Notes: generated from the sequence alone by a model not told the origin. DNA of 57,206 nucleotides, filler included, from Dugesia japonica (GCA_001938525.1; 5 parts of 5 records of this genome joined end to end with filler, not necessarily neighbours in it); one strand, 5' to 3'. Positions 1 to 11,243 are shown, counted from the whole stretch's first letter. Made by a program: numbers and translations.

Positions 1-200
1 ATTATCAAATCACCACTTGCTATACATTAATTTAACAAATAGAACAAATGATAAAACTAACGTGGTCTGGATTCTGATCCGGAGCAAGCACGAGGTTTGA
101 ATTATCATTTCATTGATAGATGTATCCACCATAATTTTCCATTTTCGGATCAAGTAGGAAATCGTTGCATCCGGCAATGAGTAACAAGAATATTTACTTT

Positions 201-1060
201 AAATAATACCCGTTCAATGACCGTATGTCGCTTGAAAAAGAATGAATGTTGAATGAAAATTACATCGGTATTTATAGCGGTTTCTATCCACACCCCCATT
301 CCTTTCATTGGTTATTTGGAATCATACGACTTTTCTGACGTTTCCATTGGCTTGAACGTCATGTGAGCTCTTTTTATTGGTTGATATTTTTGGACTTCAA
401 ATCTATTGGTCAACCTTCAAACCCCTGTATCTTTTTTCTGAGACTTCTACCGATATTTTAACTTAAATGTTCAAAATTTCCGATTTTTTCTTGACCAGAA
501 TCATTTTAATTGCTAATTTTCTCACCAGGGTAAGTCGTTGTTTTTGCCATTTTTCATGAAATAATTATTTTTCTTTTTAAAAATAATTTATTTTAAATTC
601 ATTTTNNNNNNNNNNNNNNNNNNNNNNNNNNNNNNNNNNNNNNNNNNNNNNNNNNAATAATCTCCGTTCAATTACCGTATTTCGCTTGAAAAAGAATGAA
701 TGAAACTGAATATTGAATGAAAATTACATTGGTATTTATACCGGTTTCTATTCACACCCCATTCCTTTCATTGGTTATTTGGAATCATACGACTTTCTTG
801 ACGTTTTCATTGGCTTGAACGTCATGTGAGCTCTTTTTATTGGTTGATATTTTTGGACTTCNAATCTATTGGTCAACCTTCAAACCCCTGTATCTTTTTT
901 CTGAGACTTCTACCGATATTTTAACTTAGATTTTCAAAACCTCCGATTTTTTCTTGACCAGAATCATTTCAATTACTAATTTTCTCACCAGGGAAAGTCG
1001 TTGTTTTTGCCATTTTTGATGAAATAATTATTTTTCTTTTTAAATATAATTTATTTTAAA
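201..1060. repeat. ~400-bp direct duplication (201-605 and 656-1060) flanking an N gap
   Basis: The two copies align end to end with scattered substitutions and a small indel. This is either a real tandem duplication or two haplotypes joined at a gap. Confidence 0.8.
240..410 (-). promoter_or_regulatory. Pol II promoter-like block: four CCAAT boxes, GGGGTGTG box, TATAAATA and TCATT initiator-like repeats; second copy at ~700-855
   Basis: ATTGG at 307, 346, 376 and 405; CACACCCC at ~289-296; TATTTATA at 269-276; GAATGA repeats at 240-256. The order is correct for minus-strand transcription. Confidence 0.6.
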
Positions 1061-4000
1061 TTGTTCGAATTATTTTATTTAAATAAATAAATTATTTATT
1101 TTATTTTCTTGGTGCATCTTAATTAAGTGTTCATTTCTTTATTCCTTGATTTGGTATTAATTTAATTTCACTGTTTTCTTTATTTAATTCATTTAATTAA
1201 TATTTCGTTCTTCAAGTATTAATTCCATTTTCTTTATTTTGCCCAACGAAATAATGGTTATTCATCATCTTTCATTGTCCTGTTATAACTTATATTACTT
1301 CTTTTCTTCTTTGGTCTGTTCTTTTATGTGTGGTTTCTTGTTGTAAATTTTGGGTTTTGTTGATTATTTCGTTGNNNNNNNNNNNNNNNNNNNNNNNNNN
1401 NNTTAATTATTTCCTTCTTTCCCTGACTATGTTCTTCTTAGATCTGGATGCTTCGCTTTCTTTTTTGACGACAATTTTTTAACTTCGAGTCTTCTTGTCG
1501 CCATTTTTTATTTTCAGTACCCAGTGTTTCATCCCAACAATAATAATGATAATAATAATTATTAAAACATGAACCTACTTGTGTTATCATAAAATTAAAA
1601 CTGATAGGTTTATATGAAAAACATACTTTCACTAATAATCCAAGCAAGATTTAATTAATTATAGAAAGAATCCCGTTAGTAGTTTAATAAAGCATATAAA
1701 TAATACATGTATTTAAAATTTAAACTTACAATTAAAAGTTAATCATATTAACATGTTTTAATAAATCTTGTTTAAATTCGTTGTTTGAATTACATAAAAA
1801 ATTTTCAAATTTCAAAATTCAATTTGACTTGGTTTAGAAATTACAAATTACAACATATAAACTAAGTTTTAAAAGATGTGTAAATTTTCTTTAAGTCAAT
1901 GAAAATTTTTATAGATTTATATAAAACTTCAATAAATATCTACCAAGTTCCATTAAAAAGCTTAAAAAAATTAATACCACTTAAAAGATACATAATAAAA
2001 TTAATTGAAGGATTAAATTTTTAATTAATAATTAAATTTTTAACCTTAAATGTAACCTGAATACACACGCACTCATACATTCAAAAAAACATAACAAAAC
2101 GTACACACTTACACAAATACATTCGACCTCAAAGAAAATTGAACCTAAAGAACAATCCAACCAAATCAATGATCAACAATCGAACCACAACCAAAAAGCT
2201 TAAAATAACTGTTAAACTGTTAATCAATACTTACTGGATAAATTTTATTGTTAATTGTTATTCAATTATAATTCTTAAAAAAGTAATTTTTTTAAAATTT
2301 TATTAAATTTTATTGATATCCTTTTATCTATATTAGCTATATTAAGGCATATATAATCAAAAATATAACGATACTATATACTCGGGATTATCACAATTTT
2401 CTTCTTAAAATCAATCATAAAAACTCACGCATTGTTGATTTATTTTGGCAATTAATCCCCCAAAGTATCTCATCAATTATGTCGTTACATAATTGATTAA
2501 AATATCAAATTTCAGATAATCTCATTACACAATTGAATTAAGTTACATCAGCGATGGGAAGGGTATGCACTCAAGGTGACTCAGTGCACCAGTATGTATC
2601 TACTTGAAACATCAGTGTAATTAAATCTATACGAAGCCTTGAATGCAAACGTTTAAACTTGTATCTTGATAATCGGTTTCATTACTTATAACAAAAGTTG
2701 TTGTATGTCGAAAACTTAGTTTTCCTTATGGATCGAACTAAAATAACATTGTTTAACTAAATGAAATAATAATTAATAATTTATTATACCTGTCAAGAAC
2801 TTCCATTAACTATTTGCATTAAGAAATTTCAACTAAAAGTGGAAAGCCGACTATATGTTATATGATTGAGAATTACATAATGTGGGATTATTTCAATGTA
2901 TCTTTTTTCACGTAAAATAGGAAAAGTTGAAAAAACAGTTGAAACTGAAAATGGAAGTTCTTTCATTGGAAGAGGACCCATTACTACGATTCATTGTGAA
3001 GATAAACGAGAATATGTTTAAATGAGATGGAAAAACGATGTCTGCATTTCAAAAGAAGTGCAAGCGAATTTTCTGAAAGAAGACTTACAACTTTAATCGC
3101 TCAATGCATGATTGCGACGAATGTTTATAATTTATTTATGAATATTATATAATTGTACATTTTTTTTCTCTTTTTAGACACTAATTTCAAATGACGCAAA
3201 CTTACATGACTTAGCAATAAGACTAACGTAATATGGTTGAAGGGGATGATAACATTTATACTCCCTATTTTCAAAGAAGAAAAACAGAAACTACCCTTAA
3301 TATTAAGTTGTCTATACATAATCGATCGGTAAATTGAATATTTTGGAAGATTTAATATATTTTTTGGGCTAGAACAGGCAGAAAAAAAAAGTTTATTAAA
3401 ATCGAATAATCAAACAAAGCAAAAATAATAATGAAACAGTATCTTCATACGAGAAGAGAAAAGGAATAATTAATAATAGAAAGGTTGATAACAATAATAA
3501 AAGAAATAATCAAGAAATGGAATAAAATAATTAGTAAGGAAATAATGGCTCAAAGAAATAATTAATAAGAAAATATCGTTCGAAAAACATAATTAATAAG
3601 AGTTATCACCCGAAATAATTAAACCAAGAAAAAGCAAAATTGAAATAAAAATAATTTAATAGGATTAGAGAAAATAAAAGAAAGAATTGAAAAACAATAC
3701 CGAATAGATATAAAAGAAATGAATTACGAAAGATTCAAAAGTTAATGAAAACGAGAAATAAATTAGAGAAAATAAAAGAAATTAATGGAATTAATAAAAC
3801 GAATTAATAATCAAAAAAAATTAATTATTATTTAATAAATCTAAAAACAAGAAGCAACAACAAAAAGAAAAGAATTTCATTAAAAATCAGAACAGTGATT
3901 AAAACAAAAGTGTAAAATGCAGAACTGAATCGGGATAAGAAATACGACATGCATTATTATTTATATTTGTATAAACGTTATATTTGTCGAGATATAATAA

Positions 4001-5146
4001 AGGAATAGTATATAAATAAAATAATTTATGTAAATTAAAACAAAAGTATTATTTAATGTTAATAGAAGTAAAATTATTAGGAAAAAATAAAACCATTAAA
4101 AAGTGTATTAATAATAAATTATTATAATTAATAGATAGTAACTAATATGGTGATTATTATTATTATAAACTTATGTTATTAATGTAAGTTATAATATAAT
4201 GTCCAAAAACTAAGTTTATTATTATTTCAGTTAAATATTATTAATTTTATTATTATTAACTCGTTCAAGGTTCAGTTATTTTTTAATTATTATTACAATA
4301 AATATTATAAAATATTAAATATTAAATCCATAAAGAAAGTAGAATTTAGATAAAAATACATGATGAAAGTTTATGAAAAATTAATTTATAATTTTGTAAC
4401 TATATTAGCTTATTTATATGCGAACTGTTTTTTATTCTTCTTTATAAGTTGCCGTTCTAGAAAACGGACTTTAAAGAAAATTATTAGAGAGAGCGGCAAA
4501 AATAAATTAGCAACTATAGAATACATCGGGTGAACACATGTATTGTGAAAAAAATAGAATGAAAAATAATTTTCTATATGATTAGTGGGTGAGCAGAGCA
4601 AGATTGCACTTGCAATTTCCAGTTTTCTAAAAAAAATTGAAGTAAATTCTCCGCAATAAACGTCAAAAGTGAGGATAAAATATACTATAAAAGAAAATCA
4701 TAAAATCAAAAATTATCTCCTAAAAATTCAATTAAGTTAGCATTTGGGTTATTCATGAATTTGGTTGATTATTTGTTATTATCTAGCTAACAAAGAAACC
4801 ATCGGGGAAAACTAATCGTTACAATTGCGAGGTTGTTTGAGTAATCATCTGATTTATTGAAAGAATTAAATTTAATAATAATGAATAATATAAAGTAAAG
4901 TCTTTGAATAACGGTCAACTGGTACGATCGTGACGAATGGTTTTCCTAGTGACTGGCATCTAGGGTCATTGAACTATTGTTTCGTAATTAAGTTTATGTT
5001 TAAGCAGTGTTGTGTGAGAATACGATTCACTATTGAATCACTCGAATTGATTGATCTTCAAACAAAAACCTCAATTATTCTCAACATTATGTATACTCTT
5101 TAATTATGAATGGGATAAAGTATCCTTATTATCTTTTCATATGAAG

Positions 5147-5385
5147 ATGTCTAAACAAATCATGTACACAGATCCAATACAATCACTCAAAGAAGACGGT
5201 TGGACATTCAAAACAAAGCTACCAAACAAGACGCCAAATCTCTGGGATTCGTTAGGGCTCGATGGAACGAATTTCAAGCTCTATATATTTTATCACTCAG
5301 GATCGACTTCATCAAAAAGACCCGCAAACTGGAGCATTACGAATGGAAATTGATGACTAATTGTGAGATTGATAAAGGACAGTAA
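5147..5385 (+). CDS. Small cassette exon of unknown function, paralog of 6411-6592
   Basis: Preceded by pyrimidine tract and AG; aligns without gaps to the 6411 copy (GWTF.T....P.LWDSLG in one frame, DI......Q.A..LGF.R.R.N in the +2 frame). Confidence 0.45.
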
Positions 5386-5483
5386 TATTACAGAGTATAT
5401 ATGAAACATCAAAAGCCTAAAACCCCAACAAAAAAAAATTTTACTTATAAAATTTGTTTTCAAAATATTTGTTTAATTTACAG

Positions 5484-5656
5484 ATCAATGGAAAAGTTTA
5501 ATTTTAGATAATGAAAAATTTTACAATGAAAATTTAAAAATTTTAATTTCTGAAATAAAATTAACAGATATAAAAGTTGACGATAATGATGAAAGGGATA
5601 TGTATATTATGAAAGTCACTGAATATGAGAGGTGGTGGTTGAGTTCTCTCTACTAA
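5484..5656 (+). CDS. Small phase-1 cassette exon (QWKSLILDNEKFY...YERWWLSSLY*), unknown function
   Basis: TTAATTTACAG acceptor; open for ~57 codons in phase 1 up to TAA; has no in-frame ATG near its start, so it is absent from the ORF track. Confidence 0.4.
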
Positions 5657-6045
5657 AAGTCTTGTTACTTTATTTGTATTAGTACTATTGTTATGAGAAA
5701 TTCTTGTAACTTTCGATAAAAATATCAATTTGATTTATTGTTACAATTGAATTCTTGATTTTAAACTGATTTCGATCTAGGAATTTTATTCTCAAAATTT
5801 TGTAAATTAGATTTTATTTATACATAATATTTACATCATTATAAACTAATTTTATTATTGATAATAGCTTTGATAGTATACCCTGGAATATTTACCCTGA
5901 TTATGAATAGTAATAATAACTTTGCTGATTAATTATGCTTTGATGATGTTTTGATAGTTATTTTGTTGATAGATAACTTTGATAATATATGAATAATTTA
6001 TATTCGATTAATAGCATTGTTAATTCGAATACTTTAAATATTTAG

Positions 6046-6290
6046 AAATAATATTTCATGATGGTGTAGTATCTGAGAACAGAAGGAACATTCGTTATCA
6101 AGATGGAGCTGGATTCCTGATCGAAATTGAATTGAAAACTATATGGTGACTCAAATAGTAAAGCCTGAGACAAAACAAAATGTTTAATGAACACAAAGTA
6201 GGACTATCAACTCCATCAGAGATGACGAATGATCGATGGTCTGTTGATTTGCGAATTATAATTAAGAATAGTATCGATGAACGAAATTAG
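6046..6290 (+). pseudogene. Decayed phase-1 cassette exon (IIFHDGVVSENRRNIRYQDGAGFLIEIELKTIW*...)
   Basis: TATTTAG acceptor; GC-richer frame with a cluster of three stops in the middle. Confidence 0.3.
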
Positions 6291-6410
6291 ATTCATCAGT
6301 TCTTATCAATTGATTTAATTGTATAAACTGTTATTTGAATTAATTTATAAATGCTCGATATTAACATGTTACTAACTTAATTATGAGAAATTATTATTAC
6401 TTGTATCTAG

Positions 6411-6592
6411 ATGGCCAGACGTATGATGCAGCCAGAGACTAGGAAATCCATGAGCAAGGAAGGATAGACATTCACCACGAATCAATGTAGCAACATGCCC
6501 GTGCTCTGGGATTCACTAGGGGCAGAAAGAACTCATACAGAACACTTGTAGATCACCCAGAACCAGCTATACCAGAAAGGTATGCAGATTAA
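6411..6592 (+). pseudogene. Decayed paralog of the 5147 cassette
   Basis: TACTAAC (~6370)...TTGTATCTAG|ATG; MARRMMQPETRKSMSKEG*TFTTNQCSNMPVLWDSLGAERT; in-frame stops present. Confidence 0.45.
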
Positions 6593-7088
6593 GTAAAAGA
6601 AAAGAAACAATATACAGGATTCATTTTCCGAAATGGAGAAAAAACGAAAAGCAGATTTTAATTATATTCCCGTTGCAGAAATCTTATTAATCTTATTAGT
6701 AAGTAATGTGTTTTTGTTAATTTATGAAATTTGTTGAATAATAAAAATAATACCTGAAATTTATATTTAAATTATCTTAAATAACAAAAAGAAAAACATG
6801 AAATTTTATTATTTAATGCTTGACTCAACAGTTAATCTAGTTGCCGTTGACTTGTTTATTTTCTATTGCTGAATTTGTTTGCACTCCAAAATTACAGACG
6901 ATAGATTTTATCACTAACTTGATCACTGTATGACTGAGTCGGAAATAACCAAAAATCGATAATCATAATTAGAATATTAACATACCACAACTCGGCAACC
7001 CAGACAGGCTATCTGTATCTCCTAGATGAGGCGTGTACTTTCAAACACGCTTTAGTTACAACACTGATGAGTCCTGATGCGGTAATTA

Positions 7089-8530
7089 TTAAGTTAGCAT
7101 AATCACCAACTTTTTTCTGTTGACAATGTCAGTTCCAGCAATGATGATTAAATGAATGAAATAGCTATCAGCACCCCATAATGCATCTTGATTTTGTAGA
7201 GTTGTTTTTCTACTGTAATGACAATCAAAAGGATAAGAAGTTCTGTTTACTCTCCAACTAGCGTTAGCTGAAATCCTGCAAACGGATTCTCCTACAATCT
7301 CCTTCACTGCCACATGTCAGTAAAACCTACAATTTACTATAAATCCACCGTGAAGTAGCGTTACAAGATGAACATCAAATTACTAGTAACAACTAACGTG
7401 GAGTTTGTCATGGAATTTTCATCGATACTTTACTCTCCTGTCCAACACCAACCATTTTTCGTGAAATGGATTTATTAATATTGATTTGAATCCAATATGT
7501 CGTTGCCACTTCATATTGACATAAGGTTGTAATGACTAAAACTGTCTGGATATAATCTTCAATTATATCACTAATATAACTTTTATTAGTTTTGTTCATA
7601 CCAACAAGCTGACTAAGGATAATTGTGGAGCTATTAATTTTGCCCATGACATTATTAACGATGTCCTTGTTATCAGTAGTATTATGAGTATTAAAATTGT
7701 TTTCTTTTGTATCATTATTATTATTATTATAGTTATTATAATCGTTACTGTTATCAATATTGTCATATTTATTACGAATATTACTGATATTATTTTGCAA
7801 ACATTAACACCATTACTATTATGATTGTTATACCTATTATAATAATACGTTAATATTCTCATCATCACTAACCTGATCATCCTAATTGTCACGGATATTA
7901 TTCTGTTATTATCATCCTTATTACCATCATCATTATAATTGTTATTAACAAGAACTATCAAATTATTATGAAACGATTATGAGCATTCGTATGATTATTA
8001 TTATTAATACTATGTTCAGTATTACTGCTAATATTAACAATTTTATTATTAGAATTAGGAATATTAAGTTTATTATTATCATTAGTAGTAATGTTAATAA
8101 CATTAGTAATATCACATTTAGGATTAGCATCAATATCAGCATTTTTATTATTGTTATTGATAATATTCGTTTTATTGTTGTTATTACTGTTATTATTAGG
8201 AATGTCATTAATATTATCAGTAACATGGTTACCAGAATAAGGATCATTATTACCTCCACGGGCGTCACCATCGATCTGGTTAAATCAACACTATCAGTCC
8301 CGTTATTACGAACGCCATCAGCCGGTTACCAATTTAAGACTCATTGTTGTAGCATTGATTTGGCTATGTCTTGGTGCTTGTCGCCCATATTATTATCATC
8401 GTTATGCCTTTACGACGCGGTGTTTTTTAGCATACAGGTTATGACTCACAATACTATCAATATTACTGTTTTCACTATTAAAAAAAATCTGAGTGCCAGT
8501 ATTATCACCACCATTACCACCTCAAGGTGT
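7089..8530 (-). pseudogene. Frameshifted Asn/Asp-rich long ORF followed by a non-repetitive domain
   Basis: The minus-strand N/D/T-rich reading (GGNNDPYSGNHVTDNINDIPNNSNNN...) persists across several frameshifts into the track ORFs 7408-7800 and 7089-7313. Confidence 0.4.
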
Positions 8531-8697
8531 TAAGTCGATTCTACGATAACAGAATCATGAGCTTTATATCTATGACCGTTATCGTTAATAAACATGTTTT
8601 TACTAATACTCTGAATACCATGTACGATTAACGTTCAGTTAACGCTAATGATGCGTTTTTACGCACGAATTTTCGTTTATAAAACTTTCGAGGATTT

Positions 8698-8931
8698 ATG
8701 AGTTATGAGATAACCTTTAGATTCAGCTGGAATACTCGTGGTAATATGTACAATATCCTAAAAGATGTGCTGAATTTCATTCGACGAGATCGGAAACGAG
8801 CACGCCGAAAACAGTTAATCGGCCACCTCCTCTTTCCGACTATTATTCCCTCCCCCGACGAATTAGACTTGCAATGTTTTCTTGAGTTGTTTCCCTTCGA
8901 ATATCAAGTTGATTTGGATGAGAATCCATAA
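8698..8931 (+). CDS. 77-aa small protein with a basic NLS-like stretch (RRDRKRARRK) and an acidic C-terminus
   Basis: Intact GC-richer ORF; AATAAA at 8957. Confidence 0.4.
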   Translation: MSYEITFRFSWNTRGNMYNILKDVLNFIRRDRKRARRKQLIGHLLFPTIIPSPDELDLQCFLELFPFEYQVDLDENP

Positions 8932-9032
8932 GCTTCATTTAGATTATTTGGTGTTCAATAAAACTTCTTTTCTGATTTCTTCTCAATTAACTCTTTAATT
9001 TTATTACTATAGCTAGTTATTATTAATTTCAG

Positions 9033-9404
9033 TTTATGATGGAGTAAAAATGGGAAATATTATTGGACCGGTCAACAGGCCGAACCATTTTTAAAAGATA
9101 TAAGAACCTTCACAACCGAGATGCGGGTGTCTACGCAGACCGTTCCAACATGCCCATAGAGAAAGCGGAAGAAGAAAGGCAGTGGGACACCGATGAGCGC
9201 CAGGCTTATTATGCTTGGAATTGCCCTGATCGTATTCGTGCAGTTTACCATGCAGTTAAAACCACGCAGTCAGGCGTAAATAGTGAGCCGCGAATTATCC
9301 GGGTATGGCATGAAGTCTGTGGTAGCTATTACCACCAAACAACTGCCCCATTTTTCCAGACTAAATGCATTTGTGCAAAACAATCTGTGGAACATCCGAA
9401 ATGA
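9033..9404 (+). CDS. Small cassette exon (~120 aa, Trp/Cys/His-containing), unknown function
   Basis: TATTAATTTCAG acceptor at 9032; GC-rich ORF; one stop near its start. Confidence 0.35.
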
Positions 9405-9670
9405 GAAAAACAGCGGTAGTTCTGAGAATACTGTTACCCCGTCCGTTAATGACAATTGATTGTAATGGTTGTTCTTCCCCGACTACTTTCTTTTATTTGA
9501 TGTGAATGGAGTTAAAATATTTTTTTAACTTTCCAGTGTTAATTAAGTTAACTGAGTTGTTTGTGACACTTCGTCTTTAGGCATTTGAAAAAGAGTCATT
9601 AAGGAGGTGTTATATATTATTTAACTTATTAAATAAAGGTCATATTCAGTTATATTTTCTTTTTTATTAG

Positions 9671-10029
9671 TGCATTCCTCTTTAAATCGCTCTACGGCAC
9701 CGACTAAAACGGTAAGAGAAAGCAGTGATGATATCTCTATGACGTGGGATGTTTGCAAATTAGCTAAGCGTCGATGGGAGGCTGACACCACTGCTGCAGA
9801 AAGTAAAGTTAAGCGGTACAAAAATAAATGCATCGCTGTTAGAAAGCAAGCGGAGGCCTCCTATGCTCAAGTGAGACTCTGGAAAAATCAAATAGAATCC
9901 TTTGCGGAAATTATCCGGTCCCTCCATGACCGAGAGAATAAACTGGTTGAGGGCATCATGACACTGAGAAAAGTTATGCCATTGGAGCCATTAATGATGG
10001 ATAAGGGTACGCAAACCTCGCGACCGTAA
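9671..10029 (+). CDS. Phase-1 cassette exon encoding a ~119-aa coiled-coil-like protein; homolog at 43959
   Basis: TTTTTATTAG|TG acceptor; intact ORF; AATAAA at 10061; ungapped similarity to 43959-44242. Confidence 0.55.
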
Positions 10030-10192
10030 CGTTGTACATTTCTTTTGTTTTGTGTTTATAAATAAAAGTCATCTTCCATAGCAACATGATTTATTTTTTC
10101 ATCTAAATTGTTTAATTTACACTAATTAAATTTTTGTATCAGATTAAATCTGTTTGGAACCCTCTATTTATTAATTATTGATTATTTTATAG

Positions 10193-10485
10193 TGGCCAGG
10201 ATACAGTTACCCAACATTTTCCGAAGCTGCCATAGGCTTATACAAAAATTATTACTCGAAAGACACATCAAGCGTCAAAATGAACGAGCTCTTTTGAGGC
10301 ACGTCACCCAAAGAAACCGGTTGATTAAGAAACTAGACGTCATAGTAAAAAAGCAAAGCGAGTTGGCTTAACAGGCAAAACAAGTCCTTCTTCATAAGAT
10401 AGAGTTTTTACAGCAATACACTGCTGACCTATCTAACCGACTTGAACAAGAGATGTGGACTCGCTGGAACATCGAGGACGATTAA
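10193..10485 (+). pseudogene. Phase-1 cassette exon, coiled-coil-like (ARIQLPNIFRSCHRLIQKLLLERHIKRQNE...), with one premature TAA
   Basis: TTTTATAG|TG acceptor; ~97 codons with a single stop at ~10369; AATAAA at ~10564. Confidence 0.45.
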
Positions 10486-10902
10486 ACCGCTATTGGTTTC
10501 ATATCTGAGGAGCCTACCTAGTTGTTAGACCCGGGTGCTCTCGATTACTTGTAGATAATTAAAAATAAATGTTAATATTAGTGAATTCTTAATTTCTTTA
10601 ATAAATACAAAAAATGGAAAATAATGAACGCAAGCCAAAGGTACACGAGTGAGTACTCCAAATAAGCATTGAGATTCAACCACCTGTACTGAAGATCTAA
10701 TAAGGGACATTAGATAAATTCTTGAACGGGTCCCCTGAGGGCTTTTTTTTTCCCAGCCGCCATTTTTCTAACCCCAACTCAGGTGGAACCCCAACAATAG
10801 TATAAGTAATAAATTGTGGAGGTGAAAACAGAATAATCTCAAGATAGTAAGGGATATTTAGATCGTATTTTAATTTACATTGAATTTACCAAATTTAGAA
10901 AG

Positions 10903-11043
10903 TAATATTTTTCGGGCTATGAGGTGCATTTTATTTCTTACTGTTTCTGAAATTTTTTTTTAATTTGTACAAGAAATTCATGTGTTAGGCTCATTAATTC
11001 AAATTTTTGTTTTCGGTGCGCCTTAAATCCCGATAAATACTGT
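10903..11043. mobile_element. Small Tc1/pogo-type MITE remnant
   Basis: Imperfect inverted ends TATTTTTCGGGCTATGAGGTGCA and TGCGCCTTAAATCCCGATAAATA, followed by CTGTA. Confidence 0.4.
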
Positions 11044-11243
11044 ACATGAATAGAAAAATTAATAAAATCAAAATCAAAAATCAAAGTAAAATTTAAATTA
11101 ATAAATTTAAACTCAAAAATTATATAAATTAGTAATCAAAATATATTGTTAGACTTAGGTGCTAAGAACGGTAATTTTTATATCAAATAAATTAAAGATA
11201 GTAAATACTGTTATATCGAAACGTTTGCCTATATAAGTACAGA

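Larger units (their letters stand above)
1..1539 (-). mobile_element. 5' part of a long LTR-like element (TGTTGGG family): A-rich leader plus duplicated promoter block; runs off the window start
   Basis: The minus strand begins TGTTGGGATGAAACAC at 1539, matching TGTTGGGGTGAAACAC (35272) and TGTTGGGCTGGAACAC (11244). A purine-rich leader follows, then the motif GATTCTGGTCAAGAAAAAATCG (compare GAATCCGGATAAGAAAAAATG at ~35597), then the CCAAT/TATA block. Confidence 0.6.
3362..10796 (+). mobile_element. Candidate ~7.4-kb TGTTGGG-family element (giant solo-LTR-like) carrying small coding cassettes
   Basis: Degenerate start TTTTGGGCTAGAACA (3362), A-rich leader, family motif GAATCGGGATAAGAAA (~3928), end GGAACCCCAACA (10796). 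Flanks ATATT and ATAGT match at 4/5 (possible TSD). An extra internal end motif at 5430 makes the boundaries uncertain. Confidence 0.45.

Noticed and set aside
2550-3120. GC-richer decayed coding-like stretch (LYLDNRF, piggyBac-like?)
   Set aside because: Only a single weak motif, with no supporting termini or second motif.
7064-7090. CTGATGAGTCC hammerhead-like start
   Set aside because: No downstream GGAC-GAAA half is present, so the core is incomplete.
7596-8533. Ile/Leu-rich 'membrane protein' ORFs on both strands
   Set aside because: They are shadow frames of Asn-rich (AAT-like) sequence.
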